A stretch of 64,000 nt of DNA from Patescibacteria group bacterium (GCA_018817715.1 JAHITT010000006.1:218804-282803); one strand, 5' to 3'; numbered from the stretch's first letter, positions 42,007 to 51,615 are shown. Notes: generated from the sequence alone by a model not told the origin. Numbers and translations are program-made.

Positions 42007-43218
42007 TTATTTAAAAAATATTTTAGGCAACTTCCGACTTAATAACCAAACTAAACGAGGCACCTTTAACATTAACTCATATTGATAATTAAAAAATATA
42101 TCAAAAGCATCTGCTGGAGATAGTTTACCCAAACCCTCTATTAAACTATCCCAATCATCGTCAGTAAACTTATGATAAACTAATTTTGAAATTAAATAAG
42201 ATTGATACCAACGTCTAGCAAAAATTTCTTGCCATTTAGTTTGATAAATATTCTTTAAAAAATTATTATCTTGCTTATTTTTAATAACTTCATTAATACT
42301 TTGAGCCGCTAAACGACCGGCTTTCATGGCATGACGAATTCCCTCATAAGCCAAAGCATTAGCTGTAAAAGCGGCATCACCTATTAAAATAATATTTTTC
42401 TGCCCATGATTTTTAACACCCGAATTCACATATCCACCACCACCATGTATTTCAATTGGCTCTAATTTTTTGGTATGCTCAAACTTCCTTAAAAAATTTT
42501 TTAATACTTCCTTGGTATTGTATTGCTTATCTAACTGCCCAATGGAACCAATCCCTATTTTAGAAGCTTTATTATCTTCCATAGGAAATACCCAACCATA
42601 ACCCTGAGGCGCTTGGCTACCAACAAAAAAAGCCAACGTCTTTATAAAATTTTTCGGAATAGCAGTCACTTGGAGCTCAATTCCGCTAACTATATCATCG
42701 GCCAACCGATTATTAATATTTAATTTACTGTTTACAAAACCCCAATGACCGGTCGCATCCACAATAAACTTGGCTCGAACTTCTCCTTCTCCCAAAACAC
42801 CTTTGTATTTAATCCCCACATAATTATCTTCCTCCTTTATAATTTCCATAGCAGCTGTTCCAACCATAACATCCGCCCCAAAATTAACTGCCTCGTTAAC
42901 TAAAAATCTCTTCAAATCCGCAAAATTAAAAACATAACCTCTCGGATCATCATATTCCCAAATCGCTTTTTTATTTTTTGATTCAAAATAAATTTTATTC
43001 CAACTAGCCGATAAAACCGACTGCGGCAATTCAAACTCTGAAATAGTTTCTTTAGTGGTCCCTGCTGTAGAATAATTAGGTTCACCAATTTCTTGAGAAT
43101 GTTCCAATAATAAAACTTTATAACCCATTTTGGCTAATTCTCTAGCGCATTGACCACCAGCCGGACCGGCACCAATTACTATAACGTCTATATTTTTTTG
43201 ATCAACAGCTTCAGACAT
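42007..43218 (-). CDS. FAD-dependent oxidoreductase, geranylgeranyl reductase family
   Basis: N-terminal Rossmann DVIVIGAGPAGGQCARELAKMGYKVLLLE. 403 aa, with the overall block structure of GGR/ChlP-type reductases. Confidence 0.65.
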   Translation of the reverse strand: MSEAVDQKNIDVIVIGAGPAGGQCARELAKMGYKVLLLEHSQEIGEPNYSTAGTTKETISEFELPQSVLSASWNKIYFESKNKKAIWEYDDPRGYVFNFADLKRFLVNEAVNFGADVMVGTAAMEIIKEEDNYVGIKYKGVLGEGEVRAKFIVDATGHWGFVNSKLNINNRLADDIVSGIELQVTAIPKNFIKTLAFFVGSQAPQGYGWVFPMEDNKASKIGIGSIGQLDKQYNTKEVLKNFLRKFEHTKKLEPIEIHGGGGYVNSGVKNHGQKNIILIGDAAFTANALAYEGIRHAMKAGRLAAQSINEVIKNKQDNNFLKNIYQTKWQEIFARRWYQSYLISKLVYHKFTDDDWDSLIEGLGKLSPADAFDIFFNYQYELMLKVPRLVWLLSRKLPKIFFK

Positions 43219-43258
43219 TTTAATAAAATTAAATAAATAACTGTTACAATACTACATT

Positions 43259-43732
43259 CTAAGAATTATTTTTTCTTTTTTCTAATATTTCCTTGAGCGC
43301 TGCCCGCAACATTTGCTCACTATTTCTGCTTTCTAATTTATTACTTAATTCATGAATTTCGGCAAAAGCCCCAGGCCTTTTTCTATCAAAATTTTCCAAA
43401 TCTTCTATTTCTTGTTTAATAAACTCGTCAGACGCATTAGCGTACCTGGCTTCCATCTTACTAACATAGTCTTCCCACTCCTGTTTAATTTTTTTAATTT
43501 GTTCAGCTGTTGGCTCTACTCCAACACTACCATTTTCCTGAAAAACCAAACCAGCTCCTTCTTTTAACATTTTTCTCTTGTTAACTTCTCTGTCAATTTC
43601 CATCATCTGCTCCTCAGTATACGGCGCCGACCAGGCCTTTTCTTTTCTAACCTGTTTAAGTAAAACTAAATCCTCAGATTCTTCCTCCTTTTTTATTTCT
43701 GGTTGATTGATTGTTGGTTTTTCAAAATCCAT
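43259..43732 (-). CDS. Hypothetical acidic coiled-coil protein
   Basis: Start trimmed to MDFEKPT... (43732) to avoid overlap with the ileS 3' end. Glu/Lys-rich. No motif recognized. Confidence 0.4.
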   Translation of the reverse strand: MDFEKPTINQPEIKKEEESEDLVLLKQVRKEKAWSAPYTEEQMMEIDREVNKRKMLKEGAGLVFQENGSVGVEPTAEQIKKIKQEWEDYVSKMEARYANASDEFIKQEIEDLENFDRKRPGAFAEIHELSNKLESRNSEQMLRAALKEILEKRKNNS

Positions 43733-43757
43733 AAAACTAATAACTAATGATAAAAAA

Positions 43758-46679
43758 TTATTTTTTAATTTCCACGGTAATAATCTGTCCCTCAACTTCC
43801 ACTTGCTCTGACAAAGGTTGGTCAGTAAAAAACACGGCTTTAGCCAAAATAGAACGTTTTAACCATTCTTGATCAGCCTTACTAACAACTTCTTTTAATT
43901 CTATTGAACAACTAATTTTAATTTCTACCAGATCATTTATGGTTAATTTCAGTTTCTTTCGCAAAGCATTAATCTGCCTAATAAATTCCCTTTGCAACCC
44001 TTCTGCTTTAAGTTCAGGGGTAATATTGGTATCTAGATTGACTGATAATTCCCCAACTGAAGTAAGGTCCACTTCTTTAACATTTATTTCGTCTTCTATT
44101 ATATAATAATATTCTGATGATAAATCAAAACCAGTGATAGTAAGTTTATTTAGGGGCTGACGAATTTTTATTTTAGCCTCAGCTCGTTCGGCCAAAGCCA
44201 ATTCTACTATTTTCCTTAAACCCGACATTTTGGTTAACATTTCATTATCAAACTTGGACAACTCATTACTTTGAGGCCAAACCGCCAAATGAACAGACTC
44301 TAAATCACCCTTTATTTTTTGATAAATATTTTCCGACAAAAACGGCGTAAACGGCGCTATAAGCAAAGTAAGCTGGTACAAAACATAACCCAAAGTACTA
44401 ACAGCCGCTTGTTTATCCGGGCTTTCTTGCTTAAACCGATCGCGACTTCTACGCACATACCAAGTAGACAACTCGTTGATAAACAAGGACAAACTGCGAC
44501 CAGCTTCGGTAACCTCGTATTTTTCCAAATTATCCGTGACTTTATTTACCAACTGCTGTAATAAGGCCAAAATCCATTTATCCAAAATATTATCAGTTGT
44601 TGGTTTAACTTTGGACAAAACCGCCTCAGCCGAGTACAACTGATAAAAAGACACTACGTTAAGCAAAATTAAAAAATTCTTTTTTATCACTTCCGCCACG
44701 GCCAGCGGGTCAAAATTCTTGGGTTCACCCGGCTGGTTCATAGTGTAAAAATGCCAACGCACCGCATCAACTCCGAATTTTTCTATCATTTCCCAAGGAT
44801 CCACAATATTGCCTTTGGATTTAGACATCTTTTGCCCGCGCTTATCGTTGATATGGCCTAAACAAATAACATTTTTATAAGGCGGAGTTAAATTATCTTC
44901 CTTTAATTCTTTTATGGCACCGGATTTTTTAAGCAAAGTAGCCACCGCCAGCAAAGTGTAAAACCAACCTCGGGTTTGATCAATCGCTTCGGCAATAAAA
45001 TCAGCCGGGTAATGGTTCTGTAAAGCCTCAGCACTTTTAGGTTTATGCGGATAACCCCACTGAGCAAAAGGCATACTACCGGAATCAAACCAACAATCAG
45101 CCACTTCTGGCACCCGTTTCATAATTCCGCTACCGCATTTTTTACAAGCCCAAGACACCTCGTCTATAAACGGCCGATGAACATCAAAATCAGCTGCTAA
45201 AGATCGACTGGATTTTTCGCTTAATTCCGCCAAACTACCTATTACTATTTTATTTTTACAATTCAAATTATCGCACAACCAAATAGGTAGTGGCGTACCC
45301 CAATAACGTTCGCGCGAAATAGCCCAATCCTTTATACCTTCTAGCCATTCACCAAAACGACCGGATTTAATATGCTCGGGTTGCCAATTTATTTTGGCAT
45401 TGGCTTGTTTTAAATCTTCCCGCAAAGCCGACATCTTAATAAACCAAGACGGCTTAGCATAATAAAGTAAAGGCGTAGAACAACGCCAACAAGAAGGATA
45501 ATCATGTTTGTATAATTCCTGTTTAAACAATAATCCTTTATCTGACAAAAAATTGATAATACTTTCTTCAGTTTTATTATCTTTAACAAATTGCCCGCCT
45601 AACCCAGGTACTTCTTCAGTAAATAAACCATTATCATCTACGGTATGATGTTTAGGTAACCCTACTTGATTGCCCAAGTTAAAATCGTCCTCACCGTACA
45701 TAACAGCTGTGTGCACTACACCAGTACCATCGGTCGTGGTAACAAAATCAGCTGCGTAAACCTGATGCGACTTATCATTTTGCAAAGCTTTAACATTAAA
45801 CAATGGTTCATATTTTAAATTAATCAATTCATTACCTTTGTATTCATGCACTTTTTCAATGGCTTGGCCAACTAAAACTTTATCTACCAAATCCGCAGCC
45901 AAAATTAAAAGCTCTGGCTGGTTATTTATTCTTACTCCCACATATTTTATATCTTCCCCCACCGCCAAAGCTACATTTCCTGGCAAAGTCCAAGGCGTAG
46001 TGGTCCAAGATAAAATATAAGTATTATCATCAGCTGTAAAATTGCCTATTTTTTGCCCAGACTCAACTTTAAATTTAACATAAACCGATTTGTCCTCAAC
46101 TAACTTATAACCCTGGGCCACTTCGTGGCTAGACAAACTAGTACCGCATCTGGGACAATGGGGCACCACTTTATAATCCTGATATAAATAACCAGCCTTA
46201 TCCACCTGCTGTAAAATCCACCACAAACTTTCTATATAACTGTTATCGTAAGTAATGTAAGGATTGTCTAAATCCAACCAAAAACCCATGCGAGTGGTTA
46301 ACTTTTCCCATTCGCTTTGATATTTCCAAACATCTTCCTTACATTTAGCATTAAATTCTTTAACGCCGTATTTTTCTATATCCGGTTTGCCCTTAAAACC
46401 CAATTCCTTTTCCACTTGCAATTCCACTGGCAAACCTTGTGTATCCCAACCAGCCTTACGCTCCACCAAATAACCTTGCATGGTCTTAAATCTGGGTATT
46501 AAATCCTTAAATGACCGGGCCAATACATGATGAAGCCCAGGCTTACCATTGGCCGTAGGTGGACCTTCAAAAAAAACAAAACTGCCTTGAGGGCTGTCTT
46601 TTTGCAGGGTTTTTTGAAAAATTTTATTAGCCTGCCAAAACTTTAAGATTTCTTGTTCAACTTGGGAAAAATTTAACAT
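43758..46679 (-). CDS. ileS: Isoleucine--tRNA ligase
   Basis: Start set at the ATG at 46679 (MLNFSQVEQEILKFW...). HIGH-region PPTANGKPGLHHV, KMSKS (QKMSKSKGN), zinc knuckles CPRCGTS / CWRCSTP. Editing domain present. Confidence 0.9.
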   Translation of the reverse strand: MLNFSQVEQEILKFWQANKIFQKTLQKDSPQGSFVFFEGPPTANGKPGLHHVLARSFKDLIPRFKTMQGYLVERKAGWDTQGLPVELQVEKELGFKGKPDIEKYGVKEFNAKCKEDVWKYQSEWEKLTTRMGFWLDLDNPYITYDNSYIESLWWILQQVDKAGYLYQDYKVVPHCPRCGTSLSSHEVAQGYKLVEDKSVYVKFKVESGQKIGNFTADDNTYILSWTTTPWTLPGNVALAVGEDIKYVGVRINNQPELLILAADLVDKVLVGQAIEKVHEYKGNELINLKYEPLFNVKALQNDKSHQVYAADFVTTTDGTGVVHTAVMYGEDDFNLGNQVGLPKHHTVDDNGLFTEEVPGLGGQFVKDNKTEESIINFLSDKGLLFKQELYKHDYPSCWRCSTPLLYYAKPSWFIKMSALREDLKQANAKINWQPEHIKSGRFGEWLEGIKDWAISRERYWGTPLPIWLCDNLNCKNKIVIGSLAELSEKSSRSLAADFDVHRPFIDEVSWACKKCGSGIMKRVPEVADCWFDSGSMPFAQWGYPHKPKSAEALQNHYPADFIAEAIDQTRGWFYTLLAVATLLKKSGAIKELKEDNLTPPYKNVICLGHINDKRGQKMSKSKGNIVDPWEMIEKFGVDAVRWHFYTMNQPGEPKNFDPLAVAEVIKKNFLILLNVVSFYQLYSAEAVLSKVKPTTDNILDKWILALLQQLVNKVTDNLEKYEVTEAGRSLSLFINELSTWYVRRSRDRFKQESPDKQAAVSTLGYVLYQLTLLIAPFTPFLSENIYQKIKGDLESVHLAVWPQSNELSKFDNEMLTKMSGLRKIVELALAERAEAKIKIRQPLNKLTITGFDLSSEYYYIIEDEINVKEVDLTSVGELSVNLDTNITPELKAEGLQREFIRQINALRKKLKLTINDLVEIKISCSIELKEVVSKADQEWLKRSILAKAVFFTDQPLSEQVEVEGQIITVEIKK

Positions 46680-46721
46680 AATTAAAGATATTATACTTAT
46701 TTTTGCTAATATTAGCAAACT

Positions 46722-46754
46722 AAAAAACCTTAACCCATTTAAAATGGCTTAAGG
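46722..46754 (-). terminator. Intrinsic terminator after argS
   Basis: Hairpin ccttaaccc-atttaaaat-gggttaagg (plus 46728-46754), followed on the minus strand by TTTTTT (plus aaaaaa at 46722-46727). Confidence 0.5.
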
Positions 46755-46790
46755 CCTAATAACCAACCTTTTTCTTTATTTTAAATTCTG

Positions 46791-48503
46791 CTACATTTTT
46801 TCCACTACATTAATACCCAACAAAGACAAACCTTGCTTTATAATATCAGCCGACGTCTTAACTAACTTTAATCGGCTCTTTTTTAAACCAGCTGGCGCCT
46901 GTAAAACTGGCGCTTGTTGATAATAAGAATTTACAGCTGCTGATAATTCATATAAATACAAAGCCAGCAAATGCGGGCCCTGCTCTTTGGCAGCCCGAAC
47001 AATCGCTTCGGGATATTGTGCCAGCTTACGTAATAATTTTTTATCCAACTCGTCAGTATAAACCAATGTTTTTTGACTAATTTTAGTGGCTGAACCAGCT
47101 TTACGTAAAATACTTTTTAAACGAACATAAGTATATTGCAAATAAGGTCCACTATTACCTTCCAAACTTAACATTTTTTTCCAATTAAAAGTAATATCGG
47201 TTTGCCTATTCTGCGATAAATCATTGTACTTAACCGCCCCCAAACCAACCACTTGAGCAATTTTAGTTTTAGCCTGCTTGGTCAATTTAGGGTTCTTTTT
47301 TTCCACAACTTCTTTAGCCAAAACAACCGCTTTGTTCAAAACTTCTTCTAATTTTATTATCTTACCTTCCCGAGTAGCTAATTTTTGTCCATCCTCCCCC
47401 AGCACTAAACCAAATTTAACATGTCTAAGATCAGTTTTGTCGGCATAACCTATTTTTTTAGCCAAGGCAAAAACTTGTTCAAAATGTAAGGATTGTTCAT
47501 TACCAACCGCGTAAACTATTAAATTGGGTTTAAAGGTTTTAACTCGGTAACGAATGGCTGCTAAATCACGAGTAGCATACAACGAAGCGCCATCGCCTTT
47601 TTGCACCAAACAAGGAGGTAAACCTTCTTTGGTTAAATGAACAACAATAGACTCATCGGCATTTTTAATAGCCAACTTCTTTTTTAATAAATCTTTTACC
47701 ACTCCTTGCAACATTGGCTCATAAAAACTCTCGCCTGTTAAATAATCAAACTTAACGCCTAATTGACGATAAATTTTGTTAAACTCTTTTAATGATTCCC
47801 TTTTAAACCAATTCCACACACGAACATTGGCTTTATCACCTTTTTCTAATTTTAAAAATTCAATTTGACCCTGCTTAACAAGCTCTGGGTCTAATTTCAT
47901 AGCTTCATGAAAACGAATATACAATTTAAGTAGTTCCGCTATCGGATCAGCTTGAATGGTTTTTTTGTCGCCCCACATTTTATAAGCAGCCAATAATTTG
48001 CCAAATTGTGTTCCCCAATCCCCCAAATGATTCAAACGAACAACCCGAGCGCCCAAAGCTTCGTAAATATTAGCTAAAGCCTGCCCAATAAAAGTAGACC
48101 TAATATGCCCAATGTGCATCGGTTTAGCTATGTTGGGCGAAGAATATTCCACTATTATTTTTTGTTTTTTAAGTAAGGCCCGACTTTGACTTTTAGTAAG
48201 GGTTGATAATTGTTCAGCCAAAACTTTTTCTTTTATCCAAAAATTAATAAAACCCGACCCGGCAACTTGTATTTTAGTGACTATTTTATTTAAAATGGCC
48301 GAAGATTCTAATTCCTCCACTAATTGTTCAGCTGTTTGTCTAGGTGGCACACCCCAATGGCTAGCAATTTTTAAAGCCACGGTGGTCGTATAATCACCAT
48401 TGGTTAAATCCTTAGTTGGTGTAACCTCAGCCACCAAAGGATTTAGTTGCCAATGCTTTTGCAAGACTTTAGCTAACTCTTTTTGAATTATTTCACTTAA
48501 CAT
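46791..48503 (-). CDS. argS: Arginine--tRNA ligase
   Basis: 570 aa. HIGH-region SSPNIAKPMHIGHIRST, class I core, C-terminal anticodon-binding DALR-type domain. Confidence 0.9.
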   Translation of the reverse strand: MLSEIIQKELAKVLQKHWQLNPLVAEVTPTKDLTNGDYTTTVALKIASHWGVPPRQTAEQLVEELESSAILNKIVTKIQVAGSGFINFWIKEKVLAEQLSTLTKSQSRALLKKQKIIVEYSSPNIAKPMHIGHIRSTFIGQALANIYEALGARVVRLNHLGDWGTQFGKLLAAYKMWGDKKTIQADPIAELLKLYIRFHEAMKLDPELVKQGQIEFLKLEKGDKANVRVWNWFKRESLKEFNKIYRQLGVKFDYLTGESFYEPMLQGVVKDLLKKKLAIKNADESIVVHLTKEGLPPCLVQKGDGASLYATRDLAAIRYRVKTFKPNLIVYAVGNEQSLHFEQVFALAKKIGYADKTDLRHVKFGLVLGEDGQKLATREGKIIKLEEVLNKAVVLAKEVVEKKNPKLTKQAKTKIAQVVGLGAVKYNDLSQNRQTDITFNWKKMLSLEGNSGPYLQYTYVRLKSILRKAGSATKISQKTLVYTDELDKKLLRKLAQYPEAIVRAAKEQGPHLLALYLYELSAAVNSYYQQAPVLQAPAGLKKSRLKLVKTSADIIKQGLSLLGINVVEKM

Positions 48504-48650
48504 AATGGGGTTATTATACTACGAAAAGTAAAAAGCCAAAAGTAATCCCTCCAACCTAGCACCTTTAAAATTTTAATTCTTAAACTTTAAATAATTTATT
48601 GATTTAAATTACTAATTAATGAATTGATTCATATTTTATTTTCTATATTA

Positions 48651-48677
48651 CAAAAACCCTCTATATTACTATAGAGG
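48651..48677 (-). terminator. Intrinsic terminator after rplT
   Basis: Stem ccctctata / tatagagg (48657-48677) with loop ttac. The minus-strand T-run corresponds to plus caaaaa at 48651-48656. Confidence 0.5.
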
Positions 48678-48696
48678 ATTTAGATAATAACTAATC

Positions 48697-49050
48697 TTAT
48701 TTACTCTCAGTCAAACTTTCAACCAATTTCTTAAACACTTCCGGATATTTTTGAGCCAACTGCGACAAAACTTTACGGTCTAAATCTATCTTGGATTTTT
48801 TAAGCAAATCAATAAACCGACTATAACTTATACCGTATTCGCGCACCGCCGCGTTTAATTGAACCTGCCACAAACGACGTTGAACTCCTTTTTTATCCCG
48901 ACGATGGGCAAAAGCATAAGCTCCAGCCTTACGCACAGCTGGTTTAGCTAATTTTATTTTACTTTTTCTGCCCCAGCGGTAACCTTTAGTTTTTTTAAGA
49001 AGATTGGTTCGCCGCTTTAAATGCATGACACCCCGTTTTACTCTGGCCAT
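48697..49050 (-). CDS. rplT: 50S ribosomal protein L20
   Basis: MARVKRGVMHLKRRTNLLKKTKGYRWGRKS..., canonical L20. Confidence 0.95.
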   Translation of the reverse strand: MARVKRGVMHLKRRTNLLKKTKGYRWGRKSKIKLAKPAVRKAGAYAFAHRRDKKGVQRRLWQVQLNAAVREYGISYSRFIDLLKKSKIDLDRKVLSQLAQKYPEVFKKLVESLTESK

Positions 49051-49079
49051 AGATGTTGTTTAATTTAAAAAAATAAATA

Positions 49080-49274
49080 TTAGGCGCCCTTAATAAGTTT
49101 GCGTACGGCTGGCACGTTGACTTTAGCCAACTCTGTGTCGCGTCGTTTACGCCTAGTCACGGTAGAAGTTTCCCGAGCATTAAAATGGCTCTGACCAGCC
49201 GTTCTTTTTAATAGCTTTTTTCTACCAGTAATCTTAAAACGTTTGGCTGTCGCCTTATGTGTTTTTACTTTCAT
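49080..49274 (-). CDS. rpmI: 50S ribosomal protein L35
   Basis: MKVKTHKATAKRFKITGRKKLLKR..., canonical L35, 64 aa. Confidence 0.9.
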   Translation of the reverse strand: MKVKTHKATAKRFKITGRKKLLKRTAGQSHFNARETSTVTRRKRRDTELAKVNVPAVRKLIKGA

Positions 49275-49299
49275 ATAGTTTTATAAACAATTTTACTAA

Positions 49300-49884
49300 T
49301 TATTCTGCTTCTTCTGTTTTAGTCTTAACCGCCGACTTGCTTTTACCAATCTGCATATTCAACCGGCCACCCATTTTGGAAAGTGGCACTTCTACCACCG
49401 CATCGTCACCTATTTCCCTAACAAATTTCATCATATTTTCCCTAGCTAAATCCATATGAGCTCGTTCGCGCCCTCGTAAACCCATTTCTAATTTTACTTT
49501 GTGTCCTTCATCTAAAAATTTTCTAGCCTGCTTTAAACGCATATCTTTATCGTGTTGACCTATTTTAAAAGATAGTCTAATACCTTTTACTTCAATTTTT
49601 TTAACTTTAGCCTTTTGGGCTTGAACAATCTTACTTTGCTTATATTGAAACTGGCCAAAATCCATTATTTTAACAATGGACGGCCGAACTGTCGGATTTA
49701 CTTCCACCAAATCCAAACCTTGTTCTTGTGCCAAAGCCAAAGCTTTAAAAGTCGGCATAACCCCTAATACCTTACTGTCGTCGTCTATAACTTGTACTTC
49801 GGGAATACGAATATACTGATTAATCCGATAACGCGGTCTAATTCTTTGGGGTTTGGCCCGGTTTGATCTACGTCTTAAAATAAT
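49300..49884 (-). CDS. infC: Translation initiation factor IF-3 (non-AUG, probably AUU start)
   Basis: The track ORF starts at an internal Met (49758). The in-frame upstream sequence ...IILRRRSNRAKPQRIRPRYRINQYIRIPEVQVIDDDSKVLGV aligns with the IF3 N-terminus (RPNRINGEIRAQEVRLI...). It is open back to tandem ATT codons at 49884-49879, matching the AUU start that infC classically uses. Start is approximate. Confidence 0.7.
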   Translation of the reverse strand: MILRRRSNRAKPQRIRPRYRINQYIRIPEVQVIDDDSKVLGVMPTFKALALAQEQGLDLVEVNPTVRPSIVKIMDFGQFQYKQSKIVQAQKAKVKKIEVKGIRLSFKIGQHDKDMRLKQARKFLDEGHKVKLEMGLRGRERAHMDLARENMMKFVREIGDDAVVEVPLSKMGGRLNMQIGKSKSAVKTKTEEAE

Positions 49885-49977
49885 GGTGGAGATTAATAAT
49901 AAAATGATTAAACTAAAAAATTAAACCAATTAAAGTTAAATTTCTTTGTTTAATTTCTAATTCATAATTCTACTTTA

Positions 49978-50363
49978 TGGTGGAGGTGACGGGGATTTGC
50001 ACCCCATGTCTAGCTACTAAGACAATATATTGGCTCCAGGTTCAGTACCGCTAAGTACCAAAAACGAATCAAGCGGTACCAAAGTTCGTTTTTGGATTGC
50101 CTTGAATTATCAAATCATTAAACGCAAGACAAACGCTTAACAATCGGCCCGATAAATGACATTCCCTTAGATTATCAGACATGTGTCCAAAGGAACGGCT
50201 AAAGCTTAATTAAGCTAAAGCTGGCGCAAAATTCAAAGAAGCAAAAGCTCCCTTAAACTTGCTGACAAATGACTTGGCATTTGTAAGAGTGCGATTTTTT
50301 ACGAGACCCGCCACTCGACCTGCTAACATATCACTTAATAACTATCGAATTGTAAACACCCCC
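49978..50363 (-). ncRNA. ssrA: tmRNA (SsrA)
   Basis: Minus strand 5' GGGGGUGUUUACAAUUCGAUAG... and 3' ...GGGGUGCAAAUCCCCGUCACCUCCACCA. A 7-bp acceptor stem pairs GGGGGUG with CACCUCC (one G-U), with T-arm and encoded CCA. Internal tag ORF GCC AAG UCA UUU GUC AGC AAG UUU AAG GGA GCU UUU GCU UCU UUG AAU UUU GCG CCA GCU UUA GCU UAA encodes (A)KSFVSKFKGAFASLNFAPALA*. CUCGUAAAAA precedes the tag region as in E. coli tmRNA. smpB is adjacent. Confidence 0.8.
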
Positions 50364-50418
50364 CACTATTAGCCATTAGCTATTGGCTAATAGTGCCGAG
50401 TGTTTACTTTAAAATAGT

Positions 50419-50865
50419 TTACTTTTTTAATGAACGACTTAACTCGCGCTTGGTTTCACGTTTTCTTAAAGCGTCCCTTTTATCATAACGCGTTTTTCCC
50501 CGCGCTACAGCTATTTCAAGTTTGATAAACCCGTGCCTAGTATAAACAGAAACGGGTACCACTGTCAAGCCTTTTTCCCTTTGTTTACCCAACAAATAAC
50601 CAAGCTCTTTGGCTTTAAGTAGTAGCTTGCGATCGCGAATCGGATCATAAGCCACTTGCCATCCCTTAGCGGGCGGATAAGCTGCAATATTAAGCCCGGT
50701 TATCCATAATTCGCCCTGTTTAGGTATTACATAAGCCCCATGCAAATTAATCCGACCGCCTTTAGCCGATTTTACTTCCGCACCTTCCAATACCAAACCG
50801 GCCTCGAATTTATCCAGGATTTGATAATCGTGTCGGACTTTTTTATTATCAGCTAAAATAGGCAT
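50419..50865 (-). CDS. smpB: SsrA-binding protein SmpB
   Basis: 148 aa. ...NKKVRHDYQILDKFEAGLVLEGAEVKSAKGGRINL... with a basic C-terminal tail, canonical SmpB. Immediately upstream of ssrA. Confidence 0.9.
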   Translation of the reverse strand: MPILADNKKVRHDYQILDKFEAGLVLEGAEVKSAKGGRINLHGAYVIPKQGELWITGLNIAAYPPAKGWQVAYDPIRDRKLLLKAKELGYLLGKQREKGLTVVPVSVYTRHGFIKLEIAVARGKTRYDKRDALRKRETKRELSRSLKK

Positions 50866-51414
50866 AATTCTATTTTAAATTGTTTTACTTAAATAGGCTA
50901 ACATTAAACCACAGCTCTCTAAACTTGACAATAAATTATATTTATTTAAAGATAGGCCTACTAAAACAAACTTAGGTAAAAAAATGGATTCTAAAACATT
51001 AATTGATTTACTCTTTATAGATATAACAATAGTAATAATAGTATTACTTGTGTATCTATACATAGAAAGACGCCGTAAAAAAATATTTTTATACGGCAAA
51101 CAAAATGGTTTTTTAACAAAATATTGGGGCAATTTAAAAAATTACCGCTTTAATTTTTCTCTGTCTCTATCTCTGTCTAAATTTAAAAAATTTAGACTTC
51201 CCAAAATAGAACCCCTTAAAATACTTAATCTATTTAATCTTAATTTAAAAAAATTAAAACCTAAATTATTAATTAACAAAAAAAATACTGAAGAAATTAT
51301 TAAAAAAGACTTACCTCCTCCAAATGACAAAAAATTACTAATAATAAGCTTATACTTAATAAGTATAGGAATAATGAGTTTAATTTATTTAATAATTTAA
51401 ATGAGGGTTAATAA

Positions 51415-51555
51415 AATGGGACTTAAAGATCTTTGGGAACCAATAACTTATATTGCCGGGGCTGGAATATTAGTAATATTCTGTTTTTTTATAAAAGATA
51501 AAATCAAAAAAATAAAAAACAACAAATTGCCACGGTTCTATCGCCCAGAAAAATA
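51415..51555 (+). CDS. Possible small membrane peptide (46 aa)
   Basis: ATG at 51415 (MGLKDLWEPITYIAGAGILVIFCFFIKDKIKKIKNNKLPRFYRPEK*). One hydrophobic helix. Followed 20 nt later by a strong terminator. Below the ORF-track length cut-off, so low confidence. Confidence 0.25.
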
Positions 51556-51576
51556 ACATTGAATTGTTTAAACTAG

Positions 51577-51615
51577 ACTCCGCACTTCCTTTGGTTGTGC
51601 GGAGTATTTTTTTAT
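51577..51615 (+). terminator. Intrinsic terminator
   Basis: 9-bp stem actccgcac (51577-51585) / gtgcggagt (51597-51605), 11-nt loop, then aTTTTTTTat (51606-51615). Confidence 0.55.

Noticed and set aside
48504-48560. Confident promoter call for argS
   Set aside because: A TATAAT-like hexamer sits 7 nt from the start codon, but the -35 region (TTTTGG/TTTGGC) is poor. It is mentioned only within the leaderless-mRNA finding rather than as a feature.
50875-51400. Overlapping ORFs 50875-51132 (-), 50984-51400 (+) and 51142-51330 (-) in the roughly 20% GC stretch
   Set aside because: Mutually overlapping, low-complexity (poly-K/L/I/N) and in DNA with simple-sequence character. At most one could be real, and none has a convincing start context, so they are not listed as features.
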